NCBI GenBank assembly: GCA_965223425.1
Contig: OZ245003.1
Span: 1,216,001 to 1,280,000, forward strand
Length of the DNA: 64,000 bases
Source of the DNA: Nitrosopumilus sp.
GTDB taxonomy: Archaea > Thermoproteota > Nitrososphaeria > Nitrososphaerales > Nitrosopumilaceae
Reading direction: 5' to 3'
Shown here: positions 45,612 through 56,277 of the stretch, piece by piece
How the letters are laid out: each line of letters opens with the position of its first letter
Position numbering within the stretch: the first letter of the stretch is position 1
Position numbers and translations under genes: made by a program
Notes under the pieces: model-generated
What the model was told of the DNA's origin: nothing
The model's database searches: none
The model's input: only the letters and a program-made list of their open reading frames with translations

Positions 45612-47291
45612 CTGTCTCTTTTAGAAAAATTTCCTGAGCCATTTACTCCTCGAGAAATTCAAAAAGAGATCATTGCAGAGATTGAAGAGAAGCTAAAGTC
45701 AGGATATAGAAAAATTATTTTGTGTGCCCCTACTGGAGTTGGCAAATCCTTAGTTGGGGCCACTGTTTCTAGGTATTTTGACAGCTCATTTACTGTTACT
45801 GCATCAAAGCATCTACAGGATCAATACATCAAAGACATTCCATTCCTTAAGCCAGTAAAAGGAAAACAAAACTTCCCTTGCCTTAAGCTGATGTCATCTG
45901 AAAAAGTTGAGAATGCTAGACGAGCTATGCGATGGGGATTAACCTGTGACAAAGGCCAATGCCAAGAACGGGCAATTAAAAATGGCAAAGAAATCGTTGA
46001 GATCTGTAAATTCAAACCGACAATTAAACAAGTTGAAGAAAACACCCATGATTCGCAATCCTGTCACTATTATTTACAAAAATATGATGCCCTTGCATCA
46101 AAACATTCTTTGTGGAACTATTACGCGTTTTTTCAAATTATGAAGTTTAACAAAAAGCTTTTTGGGGATTATCTTGATAAAAAAGTTTCAATTTTTGATG
46201 AGGCTCATAAAATTGAGGATCAAATCATCCAATTTATTGGATTTGATATTTTTAGTGGTCAAATAGATGAATGTAACCTAAATCCTGACAAGTATAATTT
46301 CACAGATTTAGATTCTATGATCCAACTAACTGATGACATCGCTTATTCATATGCCAAGAAAATTAGGGACATAAAAGAAAGCTCTGCGTTTGAAAACAAT
46401 CCTGATTATGAACTAATTACAAAATTAGAAAGGCGTTTTGATATGGCCGCCCAGGCAAAAATTGACATTTTATCAGACAAAGAAAATTTTATTGTAAATG
46501 ATCCTCTAAAAGATTTGAATGGGAATTTTAGAACTATTTCTATAAAACCTATCGATGTTTCAAAGTTTGCAAATACTTTTTTTGAAACCGAATATCAAAT
46601 TTTCATGTCTGCCACAATTGATAAATCAAGTTTTTGTGAAAATATGGGTTTGGAAAAAGAAGATGTTGCATTTGTTGATACTAAAAAATCCCCATTTCCG
46701 ATTGAACACAGAAAAATTGATCTTTTGAATATCCGACGTCTTAGCTATGGCTCAACTGAAGAAGATGAAATTGAAGCAATCAAAACAATTGATAGGATTT
46801 TAGATGAGCATTCAAATGAAAGGGGCCTGATTTTAACGTCTTCTGTTCCCCGATGTCAAAAAATTCTTCGGTATCTTTCCCCAAAAAATACTAAAAGAGT
46901 TAGAATTTGCCATAGTAAAAACAAAGATGGGAAAACACAAGATGAGATCATCTCTGAGCATGCCTCTGATCCTACCGGTGTTTTATTGTCGTCTTCGCTT
47001 TGGGAAGGAGTGGATTTGAAGGATGACTTGTCCAGATTTCAAATTGTTGCAAAAATACCTTATCCAAATTATACAGAAAAGAGAACCAAAGCAAAAATGG
47101 ACAAATTTCCCTTGTGGTATACGTCTCAGACTCTAACTAAATTGTTACAAGGGTTTGGCCGCTCAATTAGAAGTAATGATGATTGGGCCAGAACTTATGT
47201 CATAGATGCTGCCGTGAATAACGTATTTTTTAAAGCCCAGCAAATGATTCCAAAGGCGTACTATGATGTTTTAGGAATTGATAACCAGTAG
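45612..47291 (+). CDS. Rad3/XPD/DinG-family helicase
   Basis: Q-motif FTPREIQ, APTGVGKS, DEAH, MSAT, EGVD, QGFGRSIR and Fe-S-type Cys cluster; start extended to CTG at 45612. Confidence 0.93.
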   Translation: MSLLEKFPEPFTPREIQKEIIAEIEEKLKSGYRKIILCAPTGVGKSLVGATVSRYFDSSFTVTASKHLQDQYIKDIPFLKPVKGKQNFPCLKLMSSEKVENARRAMRWGLTCDKGQCQERAIKNGKEIVEICKFKPTIKQVEENTHDSQSCHYYLQKYDALASKHSLWNYYAFFQIMKFNKKLFGDYLDKKVSIFDEAHKIEDQIIQFIGFDIFSGQIDECNLNPDKYNFTDLDSMIQLTDDIAYSYAKKIRDIKESSAFENNPDYELITKLERRFDMAAQAKIDILSDKENFIVNDPLKDLNGNFRTISIKPIDVSKFANTFFETEYQIFMSATIDKSSFCENMGLEKEDVAFVDTKKSPFPIEHRKIDLLNIRRLSYGSTEEDEIEAIKTIDRILDEHSNERGLILTSSVPRCQKILRYLSPKNTKRVRICHSKNKDGKTQDEIISEHASDPTGVLLSSSLWEGVDLKDDLSRFQIVAKIPYPNYTEKRTKAKMDKFPLWYTSQTLTKLLQGFGRSIRSNDDWARTYVIDAAVNNVFFKAQQMIPKAYYDVLGIDNQ

Positions 47292-47298
47292 GTTATTT

Positions 47299-47511
47299 TT
47301 ATGGGTTAAGGTTTTTGAAATCTAGACACTTTGAATCGTATTCGTTCAAGTATTGTTTACTGTTAATTTGCGGATCTTTTATGTAAATTTCACATGTTTC
47401 AGGATCTATGAGCTTGCCTCCGCCTGAATCATTCATAGCAAATTGTGCAACCAGAATTACCAAAAGAACAACTATCAAAATAACTGGTAACTTTTTTGAA
47501 GAAATATCCAC
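47299..47511 (-). CDS. Small membrane-anchored hypothetical protein
   Basis: N-terminal TM helix, two Cys. Confidence 0.65.
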   Translation of the reverse strand: MDISSKKLPVILIVVLLVILVAQFAMNDSGGGKLIDPETCEIYIKDPQINSKQYLNEYDSKCLDFKNLNP

Positions 47512-47798
47512 ACATTCTCCTTGATAATTTTGGACTTAAGGGTATTGTGGAATAAAGCCTGTAACATATAGCAGATTGCATAAAAAATAATACTTTTAAT
47601 GGAATTTCATACCTGTATTTTAAGAACTGAAAAACCCATTTTTAATCAAAAATCTGTAAATGGGAATTATCGTTCCAAATGTACCTAACACGAAAAACAT
47701 ATTTTTTCCAGTATAGTGCAGCTAAGCGAAATGATTAAGGAACACTCTCATGTGCAGAACCAAACCGCTGATCTGATCTCAGATTTGAGGCATTTCGC

Positions 47799-48020
47799 TT
47801 AGCTGTAATAAAATTGATTCAAACTTTTACAGAATTTTTTATCATCTCCTTCTTTATCATCACAATTAGGAAGAATTGGATTAGTTACAAGCCAGAGGTG
47901 ATCTTCTGCTATACTAGCTATATTTCCAACAATGAAACCAACAATTAACACAACAATTGCAACTCCTATCGTTAACATATTTTCTATCATATTCTGAGTG
48001 ATTTTACCCTTAAAATCCAT
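47799..48020 (-). CDS. Small membrane protein
   Basis: Single TM helix and a Cys pair. Confidence 0.45.
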   Translation of the reverse strand: MDFKGKITQNMIENMLTIGVAIVVLIVGFIVGNIASIAEDHLWLVTNPILPNCDDKEGDDKKFCKSLNQFYYS

Positions 48021-48216
48021 GCAATATGTGAGAATAGTCTATTTTGAGTCTATGACTAGTAATTCCTTTTGAGATTTTATTCCCAAAACCGATCAAAACA
48101 TGATTCAAAACATTCGCGTAGTTTAAATAATTAAATTCGTCATTGTGGTAAATGACTACTATCATTAAGATTTTTAGTTTTTCTTTTTTCAAAAAAGTAA
48201 TTGGAGATATCTCACA

Positions 48217-48924
48217 ATGAATCCAAAAGAAGAATTAATTTTAAAAATTTTATCTTCTGTAGACGTGATTCAAGGCAAAACCAAATTTATAAAAATTCTT
48301 CATTTTACTTGTAAATTATTTGAAGAACATCAAATAGAACCTCCATTTAAATTCAGACCAGATAATTTTGGAGTTTATTCCCCCGAGTTAGAACCCACAT
48401 TAGAAAATCTTGAAAGTAATAGATATGTTAAGATCACTCGCACTATATTTTCTAAAAGAAATGATTTATCTTTGTTGAATAGAAGTCATGCATTTCAAAA
48501 TGAGGATGTTCTAAAGTTAAGTCCCAAAATTGACCTCTTGGTACAAACATTGAATCCTTATTCATCTGATGAAGTTGTTGCAATTTCATATTATTTGTTT
48601 CCAGAAATGGCGGTAAATAGCCTGATTAAACCTAAAATTAATAAAAAAATTAATGAATTGTTTTCAATTTCAGATCCAGATTTTGAGGATTCTATGATGG
48701 AAAACCCATTGACTAGTCCTGTTTTTTCAGAAAGCAGAACCTTGTCCCCTCAGTTTAACGATCTTGATGTAAGAATGCGTATGATGAAATCCATTGGATT
48801 GGAAGAATTGCTGCCCATCATTCCTAATTCCATTGATAATTCTTCAGGGATTATTGCAAATGAGACTTTCATTTTAAAAAAATATGATTTTGAAAAGCTT
48901 CTAGGCGATGCCAGACGCAGATAA
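48217..48924 (+). CDS. Panacea/SocA (DUF4065)-like antitoxin
   Basis: GKTKFIKILHF...F..DNFGVYSPEL winged-helix motif; overlaps the start of the PIN gene. Confidence 0.7.
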   Translation: MNPKEELILKILSSVDVIQGKTKFIKILHFTCKLFEEHQIEPPFKFRPDNFGVYSPELEPTLENLESNRYVKITRTIFSKRNDLSLLNRSHAFQNEDVLKLSPKIDLLVQTLNPYSSDEVVAISYYLFPEMAVNSLIKPKINKKINELFSISDPDFEDSMMENPLTSPVFSESRTLSPQFNDLDVRMRMMKSIGLEELLPIIPNSIDNSSGIIANETFILKKYDFEKLLGDARRR

Positions 48925-49433
48925 AGTCTATTTTGATACAATGCTGTATCTAAATAAATTTCAAGATCCTTACACTGTTAGACCTGAAGTAAATCATATG
49001 TTTAGTAGTGACATCTGGTGAATTTAGATTGGTAATTTCTCAAACCACTTTGATGGAAATTTATCATGTCTTGTGCCTACCTCTTGAAAAAGTACGTAAC
49101 TTTAAAGAAGCCTCTGCCATGATGGATGAAATTGATAAAGTCTATACTCGTATTCGTACTGCCAGGCTGTCTTTTCCAAATACTGAATTCCCAGACAATG
49201 AATTTAATGGTATTAATTCATGTGATATGATAAATTTTGTAGAACATGTTCTTGGCTCTTCCTTGATTGATTTTCATGGGAAAAAATTGCCTGGTTCTAT
49301 GGATTTTTTTCATGTAATGATTGCATTGAATCTTAATTGTACCAAATTTTTTACTGAAGATCGAGGTGTTCTTGGTTTAGAATCATATCAACAGAAAGGA
49401 AATCTGAAAATCATAAAACCGTACCGTCCTTAA
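48908..49433 (+). pseudogene. PIN/VapC-like toxin disrupted near its 5' end
   Basis: MPDADKVYFDTNAV (from 48908) stops at codon 17. The remaining motifs ISQTTLMEI, GSMDFFH and FFTED lie in another frame (ORF 49008..49433). Confidence 0.75.
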
Positions 49434-49873
49434 TATTCTACTTTTTGATTTAATTTGATACCTCTGGAAAGATCATAAAGTCAGGACTCTCAAAGAGTTG
49501 CTTGAAGAACTGTGTAGCGATTACAAATTGTGGGATCTAAAATGGGCAAATCATCTCATCAGACAATATAAGAAACTTGATTCTGACATGCAACATATTG
49601 TAGACAATGTGCTTGCAGACATTGCATCCTCAGCAAACCCATCTAATTTGGAGTGTAATACAATTAGAACATGAGAATCTTTTCTTATGAGCAACTTTTG
49701 CTCTGCACTATAATGCCACAAAACATCATGAAAATGCGGTTAACGGTATTTTTTTAGTAAACCTGTAGTAGATAACAGCAATTTGATATTATAATGTAAT
49801 TTCCTACCTGTTATCCCTAGAGATTATTTTAGATCGCGATCTATAAAGATTGTGGACAAATCGTTCACATCTT

Positions 49874-51547
49874 CTAGAGATTTGGACTGGTGACTGCGCC
49901 TTTTGCAGCAGAACCCACCAAGGTCGCATATTTTGCAAGAGCTCCTGATGTATAGTTAGGCTTGGGCGGACTCCACTGTTTTCTTCTACTTTCTAGCTCT
50001 CCTTCTGAAACATGAAGATTAATTGCGTTAGTCTCAGTGTCGATTGTTATTTCATCCCCATCTTTTACTAGTGCAATTGGTCCGCCGACATATGCCTCGG
50101 GGGCAACATGGCCTACCATAAACCCGCGAGTTCCTCCAGAAAATCGCCCATCTGTAACCATTGCCACTTTTTTACCCAAACCTTGGCCTACTAAGGCCGC
50201 TGTTGTGGCTAACATTTCTCTCATTCCTGGACCTCCCTTTGGCCCTTCATACCTGATTACTATTACGTGCCCATCGTCGATTTCTCCTTTTGATACTGCA
50301 TCAAATGCAAATTCTTCTCTATCAAACACTCTGGCCTTTCCGGTAAATTTTGCCATCTCTACCCCTGCTGTTTTTATTACTGCACCTTCCGGGGCTAAAC
50401 TTCCTTTGAGGATCACTGCAGTTCCAACTGTGTGTAATGGGTTTTCAATTGATCTTACAATGCTTTGCTCTATTTCGGGAATTTTTATTGAAACAAGATT
50501 TTCTTTAATTGTTTTGCCGGTGACTGTGACACAATTCTCATTTAGTAATCCTTTGTCTAATAATTTTTTCAACACAAATGGAATTCCGCCAACTTTATCA
50601 AGTGAATTCATTACATAGTTTCCGCCCGGTTTCATGTCTGCTAAATGTGGCGTTCTTTTTCTTATTCTCTCAAAATCATCATAACCCAAATCTATGTTTA
50701 CTTCATTTGCAAGTGCAAGCAAGTGTAGTATTCCATTTGTTGAACCTCCTACAGAATTTAACATTGTTATGGCATTCTCAAATGCTTCAAAGGATAAAAT
50801 TTCCTTGGGCCTTACATTCATCTCTAATAGTTTGGCGCATGCTACTCCTGTATCATATACCATTTTTTCTCGCCTGTCATCTTCTGCTGGCGGACTAGCG
50901 CTTCCTGGCAACGCTAGACCAATTGCTTCAGAAATAGATGCCATAGTATTTGCAGTGAACATGCCTCCACAAGATCCTGCGTTTGGACAAGCCGTGTTTT
51001 CAATATTTTTTAATGCTTCAAGGGTTAACTGGCCTGCATCATATGCTCCTACTGCTTCGTATACATCTACTATTGTTAATTCTTGACCATCAAGCATTCC
51101 CGGCATAATGGTTCCCCCATAAACAAATACTGATGGAATGTTTAGTCTCGCCATTGCCATCATTGTTCCAGGTAAGCTTTTGTCACAGCCGGCAATCCCG
51201 ACTAGTGCATCATATTGGTGAGCCCGAACCATTAACTCAATTGAATCTGCAATGACTTCTCGAGAAATTAATGATGATTTCATTCCTTCATGCCCCATTG
51301 CAATTCCATCACTTACTGCAATCGTTGAAAATTCTCTTGGCGTTGCACCAGTATCTGATACCCCTTCCTTAGCTTTTAGAGCTAATCCTGGAAGATGAAT
51401 ATTGCATGGCGTTGCTTCATTTCCTGTATGACAAACACCGATGAACTGTTTTGACAAGTCATCATCATCGAGTCCCATAGCTTTGTACATTGCTCTATGT
51501 GGTGCTCTGGCAGTCCCCTCCACAACATTCCTACTAGAAATTTCCAT
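49874..51547 (-). CDS. ilvD: Dihydroxy-acid dehydratase
   Basis: [38 protein letters not shown] and TDGRFSG motifs. Confidence 0.99.
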   Translation of the reverse strand: MEISSRNVVEGTARAPHRAMYKAMGLDDDDLSKQFIGVCHTGNEATPCNIHLPGLALKAKEGVSDTGATPREFSTIAVSDGIAMGHEGMKSSLISREVIADSIELMVRAHQYDALVGIAGCDKSLPGTMMAMARLNIPSVFVYGGTIMPGMLDGQELTIVDVYEAVGAYDAGQLTLEALKNIENTACPNAGSCGGMFTANTMASISEAIGLALPGSASPPAEDDRREKMVYDTGVACAKLLEMNVRPKEILSFEAFENAITMLNSVGGSTNGILHLLALANEVNIDLGYDDFERIRKRTPHLADMKPGGNYVMNSLDKVGGIPFVLKKLLDKGLLNENCVTVTGKTIKENLVSIKIPEIEQSIVRSIENPLHTVGTAVILKGSLAPEGAVIKTAGVEMAKFTGKARVFDREEFAFDAVSKGEIDDGHVIVIRYEGPKGGPGMREMLATTAALVGQGLGKKVAMVTDGRFSGGTRGFMVGHVAPEAYVGGPIALVKDGDEITIDTETNAINLHVSEGELESRRKQWSPPKPNYTSGALAKYATLVGSAAKGAVTSPNL

Positions 51548-51592
51548 AACGTGTGATTTTGCGTTTGCTATAATTTAGACTTTGTTGAACTA

Positions 51593-52189
51593 TCACTTGA
51601 TTATTTCTTGGCTGTCTAACTGTAACAAGTATGCGTCTATCTCCTCAGGCGTTTCTCCGCCATACAGAATCAATATTCTGTCATCCTCCATGATCTCATA
51701 GTCTCTAATATCTGAAACTACTTCTCCATTAATGAAGAATCTTAATGTATAGTCTTCTTGTGTACAGAAAGATTTCCCGTCTGGGAATACATAACATTGA
51801 TCATCAAGACCTATGTTTAATGTTTCAAACAAATATCCAAGTGTAACACCTGTGGCATGTTTGTGAATAGTGGTGCCATCCCTTCCCTCAAAATGAATCC
51901 AGCTTGATTTGATTTGGAAAGCTGGGCCATCAAAGGCAAACGTATCTCCAAAAATCTTCACTAAAATTGCCGCATGGTCATGTGCACTGCCTAACGCACC
52001 TGCGTTTTCTGGCCCTCCCGGAGCAGTCTCTGTTATGGTCGTAAACAGGAATGCCGAATACCCAACAATGACTGCTATTACTACAAAAACACCTACTGCA
52101 ATTAGGGTCTCTTTCCTTTTCTTAGCTGAATGTTTTGTGGCATAGTTTTCACGCTTTTGTTCACGCTCTCTTCTTTCTTTTCGTCCCAT
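51593..52189 (-). CDS. Conserved thaumarchaeal membrane-anchored His-rich protein
   Basis: Basic N-terminus, TM helix, HDHA, IHFE and IHKH motifs. Confidence 0.8.
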   Translation of the reverse strand: MGRKERREREQKRENYATKHSAKKRKETLIAVGVFVVIAVIVGYSAFLFTTITETAPGGPENAGALGSAHDHAAILVKIFGDTFAFDGPAFQIKSSWIHFEGRDGTTIHKHATGVTLGYLFETLNIGLDDQCYVFPDGKSFCTQEDYTLRFFINGEVVSDIRDYEIMEDDRILILYGGETPEEIDAYLLQLDSQEIIK

Positions 52190-52256
52190 GAGATGAACTG
52201 ATTCTAAAATTTACCCTAATTAACCATTCGATAAAAACAATAAATAAAATCATAAA

Positions 52257-52676
52257 ATGCTAATCTCTATGAGCTGTCTTTTTTGCGATATTTTAAATGG
52301 AAACCAAAATGGGCATTTTCTATATGAAGATGATTCACATGTGGCCTTTTTAGATAAATATCCAATCGATGTTGGGCACAGTTTAGTAATTCCTAGAAAA
52401 CACCATGAAAAAATCACTGATATGCCTCCAGAAGATGTTGGAGGCATCTTTACAGTTATTCCAAAAATTGCAGCAGCAATTCTAAATGCAACAGGCGCTG
52501 ATGCATTTAGTATTGGTCAGAATAATGGAAGAGCAGCTAAACAAATCGTCCCGCATGTGCATATTCACATCATTCCAAGATACAACAGCAAAGGTACCGT
52601 GTGGACAAAGCGCCAAATCTCAAACGAAGGCGAACTTGCCGATCTTGCCAAAAAAATTCGCAGCTGTCTTACTTAG
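52257..52676 (+). CDS. HIT-family hydrolase
   Basis: CLFC, GHSLVIP and HVHIH motifs. Confidence 0.95.
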   Translation: MLISMSCLFCDILNGNQNGHFLYEDDSHVAFLDKYPIDVGHSLVIPRKHHEKITDMPPEDVGGIFTVIPKIAAAILNATGADAFSIGQNNGRAAKQIVPHVHIHIIPRYNSKGTVWTKRQISNEGELADLAKKIRSCLT

Positions 52677-53952
52677 CGTGACCGGGATTGTATCTTAGAA
52701 TCGCACCCATTTTTCCCAAACTTGTAAGCATGTTCCCATGTTCTGCACTTCCAGAAACCACTTCTAACTGGGAACCCGTTTTGGCTGCAAGCAATTCAAG
52801 ATAATCTACAATTTCCTGTTCGTTTGCCTCTACCTCCATTGCATTGCAGTTCGGGCATGGCTTGTTTGTATACTCTGTTTTTTTCGGAATTACTTGGGGC
52901 CGTTCCATGATTTCTTCTTGAGTGTGCTGGCATCTCTTGCATTTTCCTTCAACTCTGTGCAAATTTGTATTGTCTGCAATGATTAGCGTTTTAACAACAT
53001 TGTTTTTTAGATATTCAATAATTTCTTGTAATCCGTATGCGCCTTTTCCAGAGTGTGAGTTTATCTCTCTGAACAAATCCTCGACAAGTTTTTTTTCTTC
53101 TACCATTCTGAAACTAGATAAAAGATCTGCTGATTTTGAAAATGCCTCTCTGATTCCCTCTGCTCCCGAATACGAGGCATCGATTGTGTTTATTATCATG
53201 TCTTGTAATCTGTATTCTAAATAATTCCCGTTGATGAAATCTTCTTTTGTAGGCCCTGGTCCTGAGATTATCAGTCCTTTAATTGGATAAATGTCGATAA
53301 AGTACTCTCTTGTTGTTTCGGCAACTCGGTTAAAATAATATGTCAACTCCATCTCTCTGAGCTTTTGAAATCTTTTTGCAGATTGCCCCCCCTGCCTGTG
53401 TTTTCCAGCTACTCCCGAGCCTGTCTGGGACAGCACTTCGATTTTGTCCCCATGCAATAATCCCCAGCCGGCATCTTTTGCGTCAATTGCTAAAAACCCA
53501 ATCAGATTGTCGTCCTTTAGCATGTCCTTTAGAATGTCAACATGAAAATGATCATCACATCTGTACAGGTATTGGTTCAAGTCTTTTGGGGGGTCAATCT
53601 CCCAAACTTTTACAACCTCGCTTCCCAAAGGCCCCCCTTCTTCAGGGGGCAATGCTCCGCAAAACATTACCAGTCCTCTTTCTGGGGTTTTTTTGTATAG
53701 TTTTAGCCTCTGAACCACTTTTCCTAACGAATCAACTACATGCGTTCTGGTAAGATCTGATTTTATATTGTCTGCTGTTCCTTGCTCTTGTTGAAGCGCA
53801 TTGATAATTTCATGGAGTTGTTTTCCTTTTGGAATATACACAGTAATAAGCTCAGTTCCCCTGCCTGATTTTTGAGATAACTCCTCTAGAGTTTTTCTAA
53901 TCTTGTAAACTTTGACGGAATCCTGTTTTTCAACATCTATCTTCTTCCTCAT
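52669..53952 (-). CDS. prf1: Peptide chain release factor aRF1
   Basis: NIKS, YRCD, GGQS and GAILRY motifs. Confidence 0.99.
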   Translation of the reverse strand: MRKKIDVEKQDSVKVYKIRKTLEELSQKSGRGTELITVYIPKGKQLHEIINALQQEQGTADNIKSDLTRTHVVDSLGKVVQRLKLYKKTPERGLVMFCGALPPEEGGPLGSEVVKVWEIDPPKDLNQYLYRCDDHFHVDILKDMLKDDNLIGFLAIDAKDAGWGLLHGDKIEVLSQTGSGVAGKHRQGGQSAKRFQKLREMELTYYFNRVAETTREYFIDIYPIKGLIISGPGPTKEDFINGNYLEYRLQDMIINTIDASYSGAEGIREAFSKSADLLSSFRMVEEKKLVEDLFREINSHSGKGAYGLQEIIEYLKNNVVKTLIIADNTNLHRVEGKCKRCQHTQEEIMERPQVIPKKTEYTNKPCPNCNAMEVEANEQEIVDYLELLAAKTGSQLEVVSGSAEHGNMLTSLGKMGAILRYNPGHAK

Positions 53953-54015
53953 TTGTGATCTCTCCTGATCATGCGAATATTAATTTTGATTGCTTTGGTT
54001 CTATTTTTCCTAAAA

Positions 54016-54660
54016 TTACAACTCATCAAATGCTTTTAGAAACACCTCTAGTGGTTGATTTCCCCTAATTTTGATAATTTTTTGATCATTAAAGACCAAA
54101 AATGACGGCGTTGCATCTATTCCCACTTCCTTTCCAAATTCATGAAGTGTGTTTACCCTGTTTTGATACTTGTGCTCATCCAAACAGGCATTAAATTTTG
54201 TCAGATCTAAATCTACGTTTACTGCAAACCTCTCTAATGACTCTCTTGTAATCCACCCTGTCCTTTCACCTCCCCAGTTTTTGTAAAGCTCATCATGGTA
54301 TTGCCAATATTCTCCTTGATCTTGTGCACAATAAGATGCCTCTGCTGCCAGTTTTGAATCCGGACCATTTAATGGAAAATCTTTGAAAACAAGTTTTACT
54401 TTCCCTGTTTTGATATAATCTTGGTTGATAACATCTAATGTGTCTTGATGAAATTTGTAACAAAACGTACATTGGTAATCCCCCCACTCTAAAATCGTAA
54501 TTTCTGCATCCGAATCGCCCAATATTGGTGAGCCATTGTCAATTAATTTTGAAACAGTTAACAATTTTGAATCATTCTCTGACTCGGGGTAAAATGCCAA
54601 AAACATTCCTGCGATAATTCCTATTGCCACAGGTATAACAAACAAGTATGCTCTTGTCAT
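54016..54660 (-). CDS. DsbA/thioredoxin-like oxidoreductase
   Basis: DYQCTFC, KDFPL and cis-Pro ATPSF; likely start MTRAY at 54660. Confidence 0.92.
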   Translation of the reverse strand: MTRAYLFVIPVAIGIIAGMFLAFYPESENDSKLLTVSKLIDNGSPILGDSDAEITILEWGDYQCTFCYKFHQDTLDVINQDYIKTGKVKLVFKDFPLNGPDSKLAAEASYCAQDQGEYWQYHDELYKNWGGERTGWITRESLERFAVNVDLDLTKFNACLDEHKYQNRVNTLHEFGKEVGIDATPSFLVFNDQKIIKIRGNQPLEVFLKAFDEL

Positions 54661-54770
54661 AAATTGGTGAAATTTGTTACGAGTATTAAATCTAGTATGT
54701 TGAGTAGAAACATGTTTGTGAACTATGATGAGAGGGTATTTTTGTATAAAACAATTACAGCTACCTAAGG

Positions 54771-54872
54771 AATTGGCCAAGATACAGCGTGTATCAACAA
54801 TTGGCCAAAGAATTAAAACCAACTGCAGCTCTTTTGAACATAGTTAAGATTGAGATACAACGTGTATCAATT
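54771..54872. repeat. Two GATACA-N3-TGTATC palindromes; the first is flanked by a 10-bp direct repeat
   Basis: Palindromes at 54781-54795 and 54854-54868; aattggccaa at 54771-54780 and 54799-54808. Confidence 0.7.
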
Positions 54873-56102
54873 TTCATATGCATAACAATTCATCTCATCT
54901 ATTATGATACTCATGTCATCATGTATGATATTCATGTCCTTGATGAAAGAATTATGTATGTCAATTTGCTCGTTTAGTGATATTCGGATAACTTCTAATT
55001 CCTCATACAGTAGATTTAGAGCATTCCAGTACTGCGTACTTTGATTTGGAATATCATCATATTTTTCATATTCATCAACTAATTCATCATACTGTAATTG
55101 GACTGTCTGTATTTCTATATCACTGTGATCAGCAAAAATTTGTAACTCATCGTATTGTCTTTGTAACTCATCGTATTGTCTTTCTAATTCATCATACCCA
55201 ACAAACGATCCATCAAGTGAGGCAGGTACTATGTATTTCATAGATTCAAAATTATCTACGATTGGCGGGTTTGTCCCATACATTAAATGAGACTCGTCTA
55301 ATATGTGGTCAAAACCAAGAATATGCCCTATTTCATGTGAAACAGTATCCGAAATTCTATCTATGTTATACTGTACAAAATTATTTTTACAATCAAAAGC
55401 ACCCAACACAATAAAAATATCCCCCTTGCCATCAAAGCCATGAGTTTCTGCAAAGCCTACATAATCTCCGTCAAAATGGCTGCTATCTGCTATCACGTGC
55501 CAATGAATTAATAAATCTGCATTATTTTCAACTTGAATAAATTTTAAATCAGGATTAGACTCTTGCCATGCACTTATTCCTTTATACATTCCATGTTTGA
55601 CTATTTCTTGATTTGATACACTAGGTATCATATCATAAGAATATGTTATCTCTTGATTTGATACACTAGGTATCATATCATAAGAATATGTTATCTCTTG
55701 ATTTGATACACTAGGTATCATATCATAAGAATATGTTATCTCTTGATTTGATACACTAGGTATCATATCATAAGAATATGTTGTTTCTATTTCGTACTCC
55801 TCTGGTACGTATTTTTGTGATCCTGACTGTCTGACTGTTGTACTGTAAAAATTATCAGGCACTACAAAGCCTTCTGGTACGTATTTTTGTGATCCTGGCT
55901 GTTTGACATCATCTGAAAAAGATTGAACTTTCAGTATGCCATTATCAATTAACCATTCAATCACCATTCTGAAATCATCACTCCATAAACCAACAGTCGT
56001 CTTAACCCAATCTGGGATTAATTCATCTTGAGCGTTGACTGGAGTTACTACGATACTAGCCAAGAAGACTGCTAGAACAGAAAACAAGTAAACCAGATTC
56101 AA
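54867..56102 (-). CDS. Secreted matrixin/M10-like metalloprotease with coiled-coil tail
   Basis: Signal peptide, IPDWVK..W motif, HEIGHILGFDH and Met-turn LMY. Confidence 0.88.
   Translation of the reverse strand: MNLVYLFSVLAVFLASIVVTPVNAQDELIPDWVKTTVGLWSDDFRMVIEWLIDNGILKVQSFSDDVKQPGSQKYVPEGFVVPDNFYSTTVRQSGSQKYVPEEYEIETTYSYDMIPSVSNQEITYSYDMIPSVSNQEITYSYDMIPSVSNQEITYSYDMIPSVSNQEIVKHGMYKGISAWQESNPDLKFIQVENNADLLIHWHVIADSSHFDGDYVGFAETHGFDGKGDIFIVLGAFDCKNNFVQYNIDRISDTVSHEIGHILGFDHILDESHLMYGTNPPIVDNFESMKYIVPASLDGSFVGYDELERQYDELQRQYDELQIFADHSDIEIQTVQLQYDELVDEYEKYDDIPNQSTQYWNALNLLYEELEVIRISLNEQIDIHNSFIKDMNIIHDDMSIIIDEMNCYAYEN
55606..55782. repeat. 45-bp in-frame tandem repeat, about 4 copies
   Basis: Units start at 55606, 55651, 55696 and 55741; encode TYSYDMIPSVSNQEI. 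Confidence 0.95.
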
Positions 56103-56277
56103 TAATCTTAGACTAGAACACTAGTGTATATACAATACCGTTAATTGATCTAGTGTAGGTCTACAGGCGCTATGGTCAACGTTGAGATACAGTGTGTGTT
56201 AATTCCCATGTGCAAGTCTACAGGAGCAGATCCAGTAGTAGTAGAGTCATGGAAGAAGAGGTTGGCGAATTAAAATA

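Noticed and set aside
47712-49713. 10-bp inverted repeat tatagtgcag/ctgcactata around the Panacea-PIN region
   Set aside because: Too short, and no target duplication; could be chance.
55606-55782. Possible CRISPR array
   Set aside because: Units are head-to-tail with no unique spacers, are in frame within a CDS, and no cas genes are nearby.
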